From the NCBI GenBank assembly GCA_030390025.1, contig CM059425.1:176206001-176270000 (forward strand): DNA of 64,000 bases. The letters run 5' to 3'. Of the stretch, positions 37,333 to 49,480 are shown one piece after another (position 1 is the stretch's first letter; every line of letters begins with the position of its first letter). This DNA comes from Squalus acanthias. Its lineage: Eukaryota. A program made the position numbers and the translations under genes. The notes beneath the pieces were generated by a model. It did not search any database, was not told where the DNA came from, and saw nothing but the letters and a program-made list of their open reading frames with translations.

Positions 37333-38968
37333 GGGCCGAAAATTGATCCCGGGACGCGAGAGTACGCACTGCGTACTCTCGCGTATTCTCACTCCAATTG
37401 CCGGTTTTCTGCATGCCCTGCGCATGCGCTGAAAACCGGCAATTGCTCTTCTGAAAAGGGGGCGGGTCCTGGGTGCATCGCGTGCGCGCTACAGGCTGCG
37501 CGCACGCTGTGCACTTCATGCTTTGGACGCGCAGGTAAGTAGGGAAGATTTTGGAAATGTAAAAAGGAGGAGTAAGACCCGCTTTTAAGAAGGTAAGTAG
37601 TGAATTAAGTATTTTTTTGAATTTTTTTTTACAGGTATATCTTTTTTAGAGACTTTAAAGACAGGTAAGTTTATTTTTATAACTTTTTAAAAGATTTTAA
37701 ATTTTTTCAAAAATTTAATTTTTTATTTAAAATGGTTAATTTAATTAACTATACTTATTTTATTAATGTGATGGTTTTTTTTTAATTTAATTGAGGTTTA
37801 GCTGTTATTTTGGGGGGGTGTAAGATTCATAGGGGTAGAAATTAGGTCGCGCCCCATTTGGGGCGCAAATATCGTCCGGACGCAAATATTAGCGCCTGGC
37901 GCTAATTATCGGCACTGACGGGAAACTTCACTTTTACCGCCCCGGGAGGTGAGTGGAGCGCTAAAGCAGGCGCTGCACACCTCTCTTAAGGCGCAAAGGC
38001 CGAGCAGTGAGGCGCTAACTCGGAGCGCTGGCGAAGCTCATGTAATGTCAGTCAGCAATGGAACACACACACAATGGCACGGGCCAGTTCTTAAAGGGGA
38101 TGGTTAATCTTGCTTTCCATCCACATCCTGTTCATTGCTGCCTTGAATCTCGGCCTGGAGAGACTTGCACATCAAATGTGCTGGAAAGAACAATGGAGAG
38201 CACCAGGCAAAGAGCTCAGAGTGCAGCTCCCACTGTCTCTGCTAAATCGATACAAGGAATGGCAAATCAAAATGAACCTGCAAAGTGCTGCTCAGTACCC
38301 AAAACACCTTCACACAACGTTGAATCTCTCCAGAAGTCTCTCCCTCTCTCTCTCAGAATGCGTAGTTCAAAAATGCCACCAACAATAAAAGACAGGAAGA
38401 GGCCCCCTTTAAATAGCGCCCCCCCAGCCCCACAGCGATTGATAGCGTTCCAGTCTTCTGGTCGTTGGAAGCGCCAGGCGGTAAGGCAGGGGGCGCCACT
38501 CAATTTCCGCTACGGGGCGCCCCAAGGGCGTTGCACCATGGAATGACGTCACAATCTGCGCGCGCAGGTGGTCGCAGCGGTAAGTTTTAGCGCCGCCGCA
38601 CAATCTCAAGTTAAGTTCTCGAGCGGCGCAAACATCGCTGCGCCCGGGCGTTAGCGGCTTTGCGCCCCATTAGCGCCCTCTTAAGGCGCTAACGGGTGGC
38701 GCAACCAAGTGAATTTTTACCCCATAGATTTCACAGCAGGTCGTGAAACTTATGAATGGAAGATGGTGTGCTGCCATTGGCTCTAACTGAGTCACGTGAT
38801 CCCACAGCTCGCACGAATTCAGTACGCCGCTGGGATACGCAAGCCCAGCACAGCTGATGTCTGGAACATCAAGTTCGTGCGAGCTGGATCTGAAAAAGCA
38901 CAAGCGAGGTGAGACATCGCGGGGAAGGCTTACCCCCGCGGGAACAGAGCGAGATCAATTTCTGGGCC
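37333..38968 (+). mobile_element. Harbinger-type MITE hosting a second MITE
   Basis: TIRs gggccgaaaattgatc / gatcaatttctgggcc; flanks ATT / ATA. Confidence 0.8.
37832..38723 (-). mobile_element. Young Harbinger-type MITE, copy 2 (inverted relative to 22857)
   Basis: TIR ggggtagaaatt / aatttttacccc; TSD ATA; near-identical to the reverse complement of 22857-23749. Confidence 0.93.
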
Positions 38969-41367
38969 ATAGTGTCTTTCACATTTCAGAATGTCCCAAA
39001 GCTCTTCACATCTAATGAATTACTTTTGAAGTGTAGTTATTGTTGTTTTGTAGGCAAAGAAAACAAGGTCCCACAAACAGTTTTTGATTGAGGGATAAAT
39101 AGTAGCCAAAACACAAGGAACATCTCCTGCTCTTCTTTGAATCATGCCATGGGATCTTTTGTATCCACTTGAACAGGCTGACAGGACCTTAGTTTAATGT
39201 TCCATCAGAAAGACAGCCCATCCAACACTGCCTCAGTACTGCACTGAAATTATTTACTCAAATCCTGGATCGGGCTCGAACCCACTACCTTCTGATTCAG
39301 AGGTGAGAGTGCTACCATTGATCTAAGCTGACCCTGCAATGTCGTCATCACTGTGAAGGATTTTCAACAGTTTTGCATTGCAGTAACGTTAAAGTTGCAG
39401 TATAGCTCTAACCTAACTCTGAGAGAAGTGATTGGATCTCTTGTGCACTTTTTAAACCTAACTGGAATTGATTTAAGTATTTAGAAAGTGCAGACACTTT
39501 TGCACATGCTCTCAAAACATTTACATTTTTAAGGCCAGGAGGAGAGCTGTGCGCTTGTATGCACAGAGATTTCTCCTGGGTGAGAGAATTCCAATCAGAG
39601 CCAGATAATATAAACAAAGTATTGACTGACGAGAACGGTACTTGTCTTGGACAGGAACTGAGTGTAAACATACCCTTAGGTATTCAATCTACACAGTGCA
39701 TCCAATCTATTTGGATACTTCCAAATCAAAGGAGGTTCTTCATTGCTTTTGAAATCTCCTGCAGCAATCTAGCAATGTACACCTTTTTTGAGATTTATTC
39801 ATCCTGGCTTGCTATCTTTAATTTATGGCCTCGATAAGCAGTATGTTTGTTACTAATTCATTAAAGGTGTTCCACTGCAATCTTTTACTCTTGGAACTAT
39901 GGCTCTTTTTGCATAAAGTTGTGCATTTACAAATTTGTTGACTACCATTCTTGTTTGAACAACTGTTTTATAAAAAAAAATCATGTGATGGCAATGACTA
40001 GTATTCCGGATACATCTTGAAGGCATTTGCTTGTAAGTCAGAACAGTTGCTTTTAACCTTCAACATACACCGGATATGTTTTCTTCTGGGCCATTGGCAT
40101 GCATTTGTTATCAGCGCCTTCCTGTTTTGATGTGTAGAAATGACAGTGATTAATCTATTTGCATCACTGATGTTAACCTTCATTTTCCTGGTTTCTATCG
40201 ACTAAAATATTCACATTTGGAGCTAGTTGCGTTCAGTGAAATCTTTTTGAAAGTTGTTGTGAACTCTAAAATGGGCAGTGAGAGCCACAAGAAAGAACAC
40301 AGTAAGACAAAGCGTTTAAGACATTTTTTCTGAGAAATTAAGTATAGATAAGATATTTTAAGTTGCGTAAGGAAGAAAAAAATGTAAAATTATATTTGAA
40401 TAAATAAAAATGGATAAAAGAAAATGGAAAAAAGGGGAGATGGAGTGGGGGAAAAACAATTTTAATTGAAAAATAATTAAGTTTTTGTACTTTAGAATGA
40501 TTATTGCAGTAATAAAGCTGCTCTTGATATTATTACAGTACTGTTAGGGTTTGTTTCAGGATCACATTGAAAACACAATTTGTTGGCTGAGGAAGACTTT
40601 TTTTTCTCTAGACCTGCTAGCAGTCTAAGGATTACAAGTTTATAACTCGGTGGTAAAGCTACACTTGGAATATTGCGCCTAATTTGGGGACACTGCCATC
40701 CAAAGGACATTCATGCATTGAAGAGGTTTCAGAATAATGCAGAATAGCTCATTCTGAGACTTAAAGGAGGTGAAATTGGTCTTTGAAATGAAAGAATAGT
40801 AATGAAAGGTAAAAGTATAAATATAAATTATATTCCTTTGGCATCATGGGAATATGACCAATTGGGACCAAATCATTTGGATTGTAGTATTAATTTGATA
40901 TAATAGATTTTGTTAAATTACTTTTAGAATTGGGTAGCAATTTCACAACTTTCTCTAATTTGCTTTCTTTGTCATTTTAAATAAATTAGGGAGAGTGCAC
41001 AAGAAGATGGATTGAACATGGGCTATTGGAAGCTTAAAGGGCAGAATGGCACTTTCACATTCCACATTTTCTTATTGGGCATCAAAATGAAATTGTTGAC
41101 TTTATCAATCTATTCTGAAAAGTACTCAATACATTTGTCACTATAGTTATTGCAGCCACATGTGTTCACATGGTATCAACAAACCATGGAAATTGGTAGT
41201 GAAATGAGAAATCAAACTTTATGGTGTGCAATAGTCATTAAGGATTTGATATCATGCATCAACCAGATGTCAGGGAATATTGAGATTTTCAACAATTCAA
41301 AACAAGTCAAGGAAACATCAATTAGGTGTAAATGGATGAATTTTATCAGTTCTCAGCCAGGCCATTA

Positions 41368-41760
41368 GAAACAGAAAGATTTGCATTTACACAGAACCTT
41401 ATGACGTCTCTTAAAAATGTTTCTAAGTGCTTCTTATGTAACGAATTACTCTGAAGTGCCGTGACAGTTAAGTAGGCAAATGTAATAGCCATTTTATGCA
41501 CAACAAGATGCCACAAATAGCAATGAGATGGATGACCAGTTAATCTTTTTCAGTGATATTGGCTGAGGAAGACATACTGGGCAGGACGCAGGCCTTCGAT
41601 GAATAGTGGCATTGGATCTGTAACGTCCACCTGAACCACTGGTACAGGCAGTGCTTCATTGTTGGAGTGTCATCCAACTGAATGGCACCTTCATTAATGT
41701 AGCTCTCCTTCAGCACTAGGCTGGAATGTCAGTTTAGATTAGGAGCTGAAATCCTGTTAG
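41368..41760 (-). mobile_element. Old diverged DeuSINE copy
   Basis: ttgcatttacacag..cacaaatagcaatgaga..gatgaccagttaatc..acgtccacctgaa aligns loosely to the reverse complement of the 36695 SINE. Confidence 0.55.
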
Positions 41761-43231
41761 AATTCATGCTGCACAACAGCTGACTGCTGAGTATCGGAGG
41801 GAGGAAGAAATACCAAAACTATTGACTTGCATCTCAGTGAAATTTTGCTGTTATTATCAGGTATGAAACATTATTTGGACTATTGCCAAAGCTATACTGC
41901 TTAAACTGGGTATTAAAACTCTGTTTTGTTGTGAGCTCAAAGGTGAGAGATCACTGTTCGAGAATAGAGCACCCATACAATTTCTGGCACCCAGTGTCAG
42001 ATTGAAGCACTATGGATCAGGAATAACATGAGTTAGATGCAGAATAATGCACCCTTACCCTTCCCTAACATTGTGCCTTAATCCTAAACTAAGAAGAGCA
42101 CCCAGTAATATCTCAGCATGAAATTTCCATGTCCATACCACCATTCTTGTACTCCCCTTGGAGTGAGAGTTCTAATCAACCCTAGGCTGGAGCTGAGCCC
42201 AGGATAAGGGAGAAAGGATATATTTTGAACACACTATACTACCAAGACTTCCAAGAGGTAGACCAAATTTTATTATTTGCAGAGTAAACACTTACACAAT
42301 CACTCAATAGAAAAAATGTTTACACCACCCTTAATGATTAAAGCTTTTATTAGTTTCACAATGTAATATGATCACATTAAAAGGTATCAAGGGTAAAAAA
42401 GAACTAATACTTTTTTTAGTATTAAAATACTCAATGGTAAAATTAATTGAACACAAAGAAGGGAACATAAATTAACTAAAATAGCTGGATCTTATTTGGT
42501 TCTCAAAGAGCTTTGGGTGAAAATGTGAACTGTAGCTTTTGCTTAAAACATTGTCTGATGCTAATGCATCAGTATGGATAGAGAGAGCGAGAGATTTTAA
42601 AAACCATTCTTCTCTTCTCTCCCCTTCTGAGTTGTTTTTTAAAACCATTTTATCCAAACTGAATATGAAAGTTTGACACTGGACATAGAGATGATACAAC
42701 AGTTAATCTCCTTGGTTCCATTTGTCTGGCAGATGTTGGGCCTATTTGTGGATAAAAGCTTGGTTACTAGTGGCAACTATCACTACAATAGTCACTGACC
42801 TTATGACTCAAACCAACAAGGAACTTCTGCTAGCTGCGAACTTCGATAACCATATTGTTTCTCATTAAAATAGGCTGTAAGTTCAAAGTCCTGTAATTTA
42901 TTCTTTGTGATGTGCTTTGGGATAAATCGAGGGATGTGGTAAAGCACTGAATAAATGCAAGTTCTTTCTTTCGTGTGACAGATCCTGTATAAAAGAAGTT
43001 CAATTTGAAACCTTTAGCACTATGTGCTTCTGCTCAACTGAAGTGGCTCCCAAAAATGAATGTTTCTTTTATTCCGAATTCTAAAGGAGCCATCTACGAT
43101 CCCATTGCAAGATTAGCCCTTCAGAAATAGTAAATATTTATTATGTAGGGAGAGAATGGTAGTTTAACACCATGACCTAGAAATTTGTTGATGCCGCAAC
43201 TTCTAGGCCCAGAGCTGCTCGAGGTCGTCTG

Positions 43232-44817
43232 AGAATCATAGAATGGTTACAGCACAGAAGGAGGCCATTAGGCCCATCAAGACCATGCCGGCTCTCTGTG
43301 AGCATTTCAGCTAGTCCCACTCCCCCGCCCTTTCCCCGTAGCCCTGCAATTTTTTTTTCCTTCATGTACTTATCCAATTCCCTTTTTAAAGCCTTGATCA
43401 AATCTGCCTCCACCACCCTGTCGGGCAGTGCATTCCAGATCCTAAACACTTGCTGCGTAAAAAAGTTTTTCCTCATGTCGCCTTTGGTTCTTTTGCCAAT
43501 CACCTTAAATCTGTGTCCTCTGGTTCTCGACCCTTCTGCCGATGGGAACAGTTTCTCTCTATCTACTCTGTCTAGACCCCTCATGAGTTTGAATACCTCT
43601 ATCAAACCTCCTCTCACCCTTCTCTGCCCTAAGGAGAACAACCCCAGCTTCTCCAGTCTATCCACATGACTGAAGTCCCTCATCCCTGGAACCATTCTTG
43701 TAAATCTTTTCTGCACCGTCTCTAAAGCCTTCACATCCTTCCTAAAGTGCGGTGCCCAGAATTGGGCACAATACTCCAGTTGAGTTCGAACCAGTGTTTT
43801 TAAAGGTTCATCATAACTTCCTTGCTTTTTGTACTCTATGCCTCAATTTATAAAGCCCAGGATCCCGTATGCTTTTTTAACTGCTTTCTCAACCTGTCCT
43901 GCCATCTTGAACGATTTGTGAACATATACTCCCAGGTCTCTCTGTTCCTGCACCACCTTTAGGATTGTACCCTTTAGTTTATATTGCCTCTCCTCATTCT
44001 TCCGACCAAAATATATCACTTCGCACATTTCTGTGTTAAATTTCATCTGCCACGTGTCCGCCCATTCCACCAGTGTGTCTATGTCCTCTTGAAGTCTATC
44101 ACTATCCTCCTCACTGTTCACTATACTTCCAAGTTTTGTGTCAACTTCAGATTTTGAAATTGTGCCCTGTACACCCAAGTACAAGTCATTAATATATATC
44201 AAGAAAAGCAGTGGTCCTAGTACTGACCCCTGGGGACCTTCCTCCAGTCCGAAAAGCAACCATTGACCACTACTCTCTGTTTCCTGTCACTTAGCCAATT
44301 TCGTATCCATGCTGCCACTGTCCCTTTTATTCCATGGGCTTCAACTTTGCTGGCAAGCCTATTATGTGGCACTTTATCAAATGCCTTTTGTAAGTCTCCA
44401 CATCAACCACATTGCTCTCATCAACCCTCTCTGATACCTCATCAAAAAATTCAGTCAAGTTAGTTAAACATGATTTGCCTTTAACAAATCCATGCTGGCT
44501 TTCCTTAATTAATCCACACTTGTCTAAGTGACTGTTAATTTTGTCCCGGATATTCGTTTCTAAAAGCTTCCCCACTACCGAGGTTAAACTGACTGACCTG
44601 CAGTTGCTGGGTTTATCCTTACACCCTTTTTTGAAAGAGGGTCTAACATTTGCAATTCTCCAGTCCTCTGGCACCGCCCCCGTATCTAAGGAGGATTGGA
44701 AGATTATGGCCAGTACCTCCGCAAATTTCACCTTTACTTCCCTCAGCAACCTAGGATGCATCCCATCCGGTCCTGGTGACTTATCTACTTTAAGTACAGC
44801 CAGCCTTTCTAGTACCT
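43232..44817 (-). mobile_element. CR1 LINE, same subfamily as 26742
   Basis: KSPGPDGMHPRLL, QHGFVKGKSCLTNL, PQGSVLGPLLF, RKNFFTQQVFRIWN; short tail at 43232. Confidence 0.95.
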
Positions 44818-45104
44818 CCTGCAAGGCCATCTGCAGTCTCCCCCACAGAAAGTCAGCAGCCTTTCACCAGCCATGCTGCGGCCACTGGGGTAGCACTGCA
44901 TAGGAGCACTAGAGTAGGCAAAGGAACACGAAAGTCCGACACTAAGGGAATGCACAAAGGTGATTCGTTGATGTTGTGTAGTTTTGCATTGATTCATTAA
45001 TAAATTATGTTTGGAATGTCTGTTTTGTGGTGGCTTTCATTTCAGCTTTATGCCCAAGAGGACGTTGTGATGTTTTGTGAAAGAGGGATGGTGAGGTGGG
45101 GAAG

Positions 45105-46157
45105 TGCTGAGATGCTCACGGACAGCCCGTCCAGAACAGGGATCTGCAGGCTGCCTCCTCCCTTCCTCCTCTTCCTCCTCCTGAGGTGGTTGCAGAACTT
45201 GTGGTGGCAAGGAATGCGCCCTCATGATGGCCGAGTTATGGAGGATGCTGCAGACCACCACGAAATGGGACACCCACTCCGGCGTGTACGGGAGGACTCC
45301 TCCCGAGTGGTCAAGGCAGCGGATACATTGCTTTAGCACCCTGATGATCTGCTCGATGACGTTCCTTGTGGCAGCATGGCTTTCATTAAATGAGTGCTGG
45401 CCATGAGTGGTGGGGTTGCGGAGGGGAGTCATCAGGCAGGTGTAGAGCGGATAGCCCTCCTCACCGAGCAGTCGACGTGGTGGTTGAAAGATTGCTGGCA
45501 CACCGGACTGGCGCAGTATGAAGGCATCATGACCTCTGCCAGGATATCGGGCATTGACCATCATGATGTGATGGGCGTGGTTGCACACCAACTGCACATT
45601 AAGTGAGTGGTAGCCTTTGCGGTTGCCACGTGTGTGCAGTCGATGGTGCCCTGCACAATGGGGAAACCGGATATCCTGGCAAAGCCAAATGCGCGCTCCT
45701 TGTGCTTCTCTCTGTTTAGAGAAAAGACAATGAAGTCCCTTCTCCTAGAGTACAGAGCCTCTGTGACCTCCTGGTTGCGGTGATGGATGACAAACTGGGA
45801 GATGTTTTCTATGTCTCCTGCTCCAGACTGGAAGGATCCTGTGTCGAAAAAATTGAGGGCCACGGTGACCTTGAGAGCCACTGGCAGCGCCGTCGTAGCA
45901 CTGCTCTGAAACTGCAGGTCTGGTTCCATGAGGTGGCAGAGTTCTGTGACCACCTCCTTGGTGAAGCGGAGCCTCCGAATACACTGCTCTTGGCTTAAGT
46001 GCAGGTAGGAAGACCCTAGTTGGGTAAGGCCTCCTGCTGAGAGCCCTCCTGCCCTTCTCATCCTCCCTCTGCAAGCATCTTGTCCTCTTTCTCGCTGTCT
46101 CTACTCCATCTCCCTGTCATGCTCCAGCGCAAGCGGGACTGCAAGTAGAGCCCCCTG
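45105..46157 (-). pseudogene. HARBI1-like Harbinger transposase
   Basis: EQCIRRLRF, LPVALKVTVALNFF, QGTIDCTHVA, RGHDAFIL, GYPL, TRNVIEQ, VVCSILHN; frameshifted and internally deleted. Confidence 0.9.
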
Positions 46158-46515
46158 ACTGGGAGCAAGTGGTCTGAACAGAACCCTTGAAATCAGAAGC
46201 AAGGCCTTTTCCACTTGCAGCAATATTCCCTGTCACCTCACCAACTTTAAACAACTGTAGAAAGCTCCAAACAGTTGCACAAACTTACACAGAGCGAGTA
46301 GAAATCAAAAAGCAAGTCAGCGGCAAGTTGTTGCTGATCCCTTTAACTAGCGCAGGTGGGGGGTCCTCGTGCTGCTGAACACATGTTCAGCTGGTCGTGA
46401 TTTGTAGACGGCATTGAATGGAGCGGCGATGTCAAAAATGGCAGGTTGTGCGTCAAATCAGCGTTGCACACTGTTTGATGTCACGATCTGTCTCATTACC
46501 ATTTTTCTAGTGAGT

Positions 46516-47369
46516 GCATTCCATGCCCGCATGCAACAAGTCTTGGATGACGTTCAGGCTTGGGCTGATAAGTGGCAGGTAACATTCGCGCCACACAAGT
46601 GCCAGGCAATGACTATCTCAACAATCGAGAGTCTAACCACCGCCCCTTGACATTCAACGGCATTACCATCGCCGAATCCCCCACCATCAACATCCTGGGG
46701 GTCACCATTGACCAGAAACTTAACTGGACCAGCCACATAAATACTGTGGCAGCAAGAGCAGGTCAGAGGCTGGGTATTCTGCATCGGGTGTCTCACCTCC
46801 TGACTCCCCAAAGCCTTTCCACCATCTACAAGGCACAAGTAAGGAGTGTGATGGAATACTCTCCACTTGCCTGGATGAGTGCAGCTCCAACAACACTCAA
46901 GAAGCTCGACACCATCCAGGACAAAGCAGCCCACTTGATTGGCACCCCATCCACCACCTTAAACATTCACTCCCTCCACCACCGGCGTACCATGTCTGCA
47001 GTGTGTACCATCTACAAGATGCACTGCAGCAACTCGCCAAGGCTTCTTCGGCAGCACCTCCCAAACCCGCGACCTCTAGCTCCTAGAAGGACAAGGGAAG
47101 CAGGCGCATGGGAACACCACCACCTCCAAGTTCCCCTCCAAGTCACACACCATCCTGACTTGGAAGTATATCGCCGATCCTTCATCGTCGCTGGGTCAAA
47201 ATCCTGGAACTCCCTTCCTAACAGCACTGTGGGAGTACCTTCACCACACGGACTGCAGCGGTTCAAGAAGGCTGCTCACCACCACCTTCTCGAGGGCAAT
47301 TAGGGATGGGCAATAATTGCTGGCCTTGCCAGTGACGCCCACATCCCATGAGCTAATTAAAAAAAAAAA
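46516..47369 (+). mobile_element. 5'-truncated LINE family B
   Basis: WADKWQVTFAPHKC, INILGVTID, MEYSPLAW; poly(A) tail. Confidence 0.93.
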
Positions 47370-48091
47370 CTGACCTGCCCAAAATGGCGGCCGCCACTGG
47401 ACGCGTCGGAAGTGGTCGGAAGCAAGGTTTTTGCTTAAACCGGCCTTATCAGCCGGCACTAAGGTGTCGAATTTCATGGTCTCTAACTTTTGGTTAACAT
47501 TAGGAAAGAAATCTATTTAACTAATCTTCCATCAAACATGACATAATCCTTCTGTGAATCATTTTCAGTACTAATATCACAACGAGCTATAATACTGTTT
47601 TTTGAGTGATGCAATCCTAATTATGATGATCTGTGCCCCCCCACCCCTGCAGAAAGTTGTTAGCCACATCATTTACATCATTTTGAATCTTTTTGTTTTG
47701 CTTATTAAAAATTAAATTGCAGGATTTTAAATTTGTCTAATTTACTCTAATTTTTGGCAACTAGATTTAAGCTTAGGTGCCTCAAAAATGTCACCATTAT
47801 AGGTGCATAGAAATTTAAATGTCAGCAGTTGCAAAATGCACTATCTGAAAAAGAAATGTTAAGCACATTGAACGACTGTTGAGCAGCTATCTTGTTTCTT
47901 TCGTTTTTTCTGTCCTATTGTCCTTCATGTTCTCCTTTTACCCCATATATGTGGACAAGCGAGTAGACTGGTATCTGCTGCCAACTCTATGCTACATCTA
48001 ACATAATGCGGAGATGCCGGTGTTGGACTGGGGTGGACAAAAATGAGAAGTCGCACAACACCAGGTTATAGTCCAACAGATTTATTTAAAA

Positions 48092-48129
48092 TTACAAGCT
48101 TTCGGAGCTGCTGCCCCTTCATCAGGTAA
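48092..48129 (-). ncRNA. Minimal type-I hammerhead ribozyme in the Penelope 3' region
   Basis: Minus strand TTAC-CTGATGA-A-GGGGC/agca/GCTCC-GAAA-GC-T-T-GTAA: helix I UUAC/GUAA, 5-bp helix II, palindromic AGCU helix III. Confidence 0.8.
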
Positions 48130-48394
48130 AGGTACAATGAGGGAATCTACAGTATTACACAGTATATAAACACAGAAAGCAATTTGTCTGCAGAGATACA
48201 ATCTTTCAGGGAGGCATTACATCAAAGACACACCAGAGCACAGCCAAGACAATGAGATGGGTCACAGGGGGTCCAACGTGTCAAATCCTGCCGTCTGCAG
48301 TTGAGTTTTTAAGATTTTTTTTTGTGGGTTTTTTTTGTTTTTTTTTTTGTACTTTTTTTTAATAAAAACTGGAAAGACAGACAACGATGTCGAG

Positions 48395-49480
48395 TCATGT
48401 TCTGTAGCGTGACATGAACCCGATATCCCTATTGAGGCCGTCCTCATGGGTGCAGAACTTGGCTATCAGTTTCTGCTCGTTGATTTTGCGTTGTCGTGTG
48501 TCTCGAAGGCCGCCTTGGAGAACGCTAACCCGCATATCCGAGGCTGAATGTCCTTGACTGCTGAAGTGTTCCCCAACTGGGAGGTAACAATCCTGCCTGG
48601 CGATTGTTGCACGGTGTCCGTTCATACGTTGTCTCAGTGTCTGCATGGTCTCGCCGATGTACCATGCTCCGGGGCATCCTTTCCTGCAACGTATCAGGTA
48701 GACAACGTTGGCCGAGTCACATGAGTATGTACCATGTACCTGGTGGGTAGTGTCCTCATGTGTGATGATGGTATCTGTGTTGATGATCTGGCATGTCTTG
48801 CAGAGGTTGCCGTGGCAGGGTTGTGTGGTGTCGTGGTCGCTGTTCTCCTGACAGCTGGGTAATTTGCTGCGAACGATGGTACTTTTGAGGTTAGGCGGCT
48901 GCTTGAAGGCGAGTAGTGGAGGCATGGGGATGGCCTTAGCGAGGTGTTCGTCGTCATCGATGACATGTTGAAGGCTGCGAAGAACATGGCGTAGTTTCTC
49001 CGCTCCGGGGAAGTACTGGACAACGTAGGGTACTCTGTTGTTTGTGACCCGTGTTCGCCTTCTGAGGAGGTCTATGCGGTTTTTCGCTGTGGCCCGTCGG
49101 AACTGTCGATCGACGAGTCGAGCGTCATATCCCGTTCTTACGAGGGCGTCTTTCAGTGTCCGTAGGTGTCCATCGCGTTCCTCCTCGTCTGAGCAGATCC
49201 TGTGTATTCGCAGGGCTTGTCCATAGTGGATGGCTTCTTTAACGTGGTTAGGGTGGAAGCTGGAGAAGTGGAGCATCGTGAGGTTGTCCGTGGGCTTGCG
49301 GTAGAGTGAAGTGCTGAGGCGTCCATCTTTGATGGAGATTCGTGTGTCCAAGAATGAAACCGATTCTGAGGAGTAGTCCATGGTGAGTTTGATGGTGGGA
49401 TGGAACCTGTTGATGTTATCGTGTAGTCCTTTCAGTGATCCTTCGCCGTGGGTCCAAAGGAAGAAGATGTCATCGATGTA
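48395..49480 (-). CDS. Penelope RT C-terminal half, thumb, Cys/His linker and GIY-YIG endonuclease (open frame, 5'-truncated)
   Basis: The frame extends upstream of the listed ORF to YIDDIFFLW; then FLD, LYRKPT, CKTC, NVVYLIRC, YIGET, RMNGH, GLN; no stop codons. Confidence 0.88.
   Translation of the reverse strand, partial: YIDDIFFLWTHGEGSLKGLHDNINRFHPTIKLTMDYSSESVSFLDTRISIKDGRLSTSLYRKPTDNLTMLHFSSFHPNHVKEAIHYGQALRIHRICSDEEERDGHLRTLKDALVRTGYDARLVDRQFRRATAKNRIDLLRRRTRVTNNRVPYVVQYFPGAEKLRHVLRSLQHVIDDDEHLAKAIPMPPLLAFKQPPNLKSTIVRSKLPSCQENSDHDTTQPCHGNLCKTCQIINTDTIITHEDTTHQVHGTYSCDSANVVYLIRCRKGCPGAWYIGETMQTLRQRMNGHRATIARQDCYLPVGEHFSSQGHSASDMRVSVLQGGLRDTRQRKINEQKLIAKFCTHEDGLNRDIGFMSRYRT

Larger units (their letters stand above)
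37306..39334 (-). mobile_element. DeuSINE interrupted by nested MITEs
   Basis: Tail at 37306-37332 and body/head at 38969-39334 rejoin into a reverse-complement copy of the 36695 SINE. Confidence 0.8.
43174..47481 (-). mobile_element. Harbinger with transposase pseudogene and Myb 3' remnant
   Basis: Ends gacctagaaatt / aatttcatggtc; Myb tail (+) at 43200-43230 and 44818-44960 is homologous to 20915-21110; two LINE insertions. Confidence 0.75.

Noticed and set aside
39674..39758. Minus-strand segment with good AG/GT boundaries
   Set aside because: Stop codons in all three frames and no other support.
26742..44817. Large inverted segmental duplication suggested by opposed CR1 and MITE pairs
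   Set aside because: Homology stops at element boundaries and the order of the pairs is not mirror-symmetric, so these are independent insertions.
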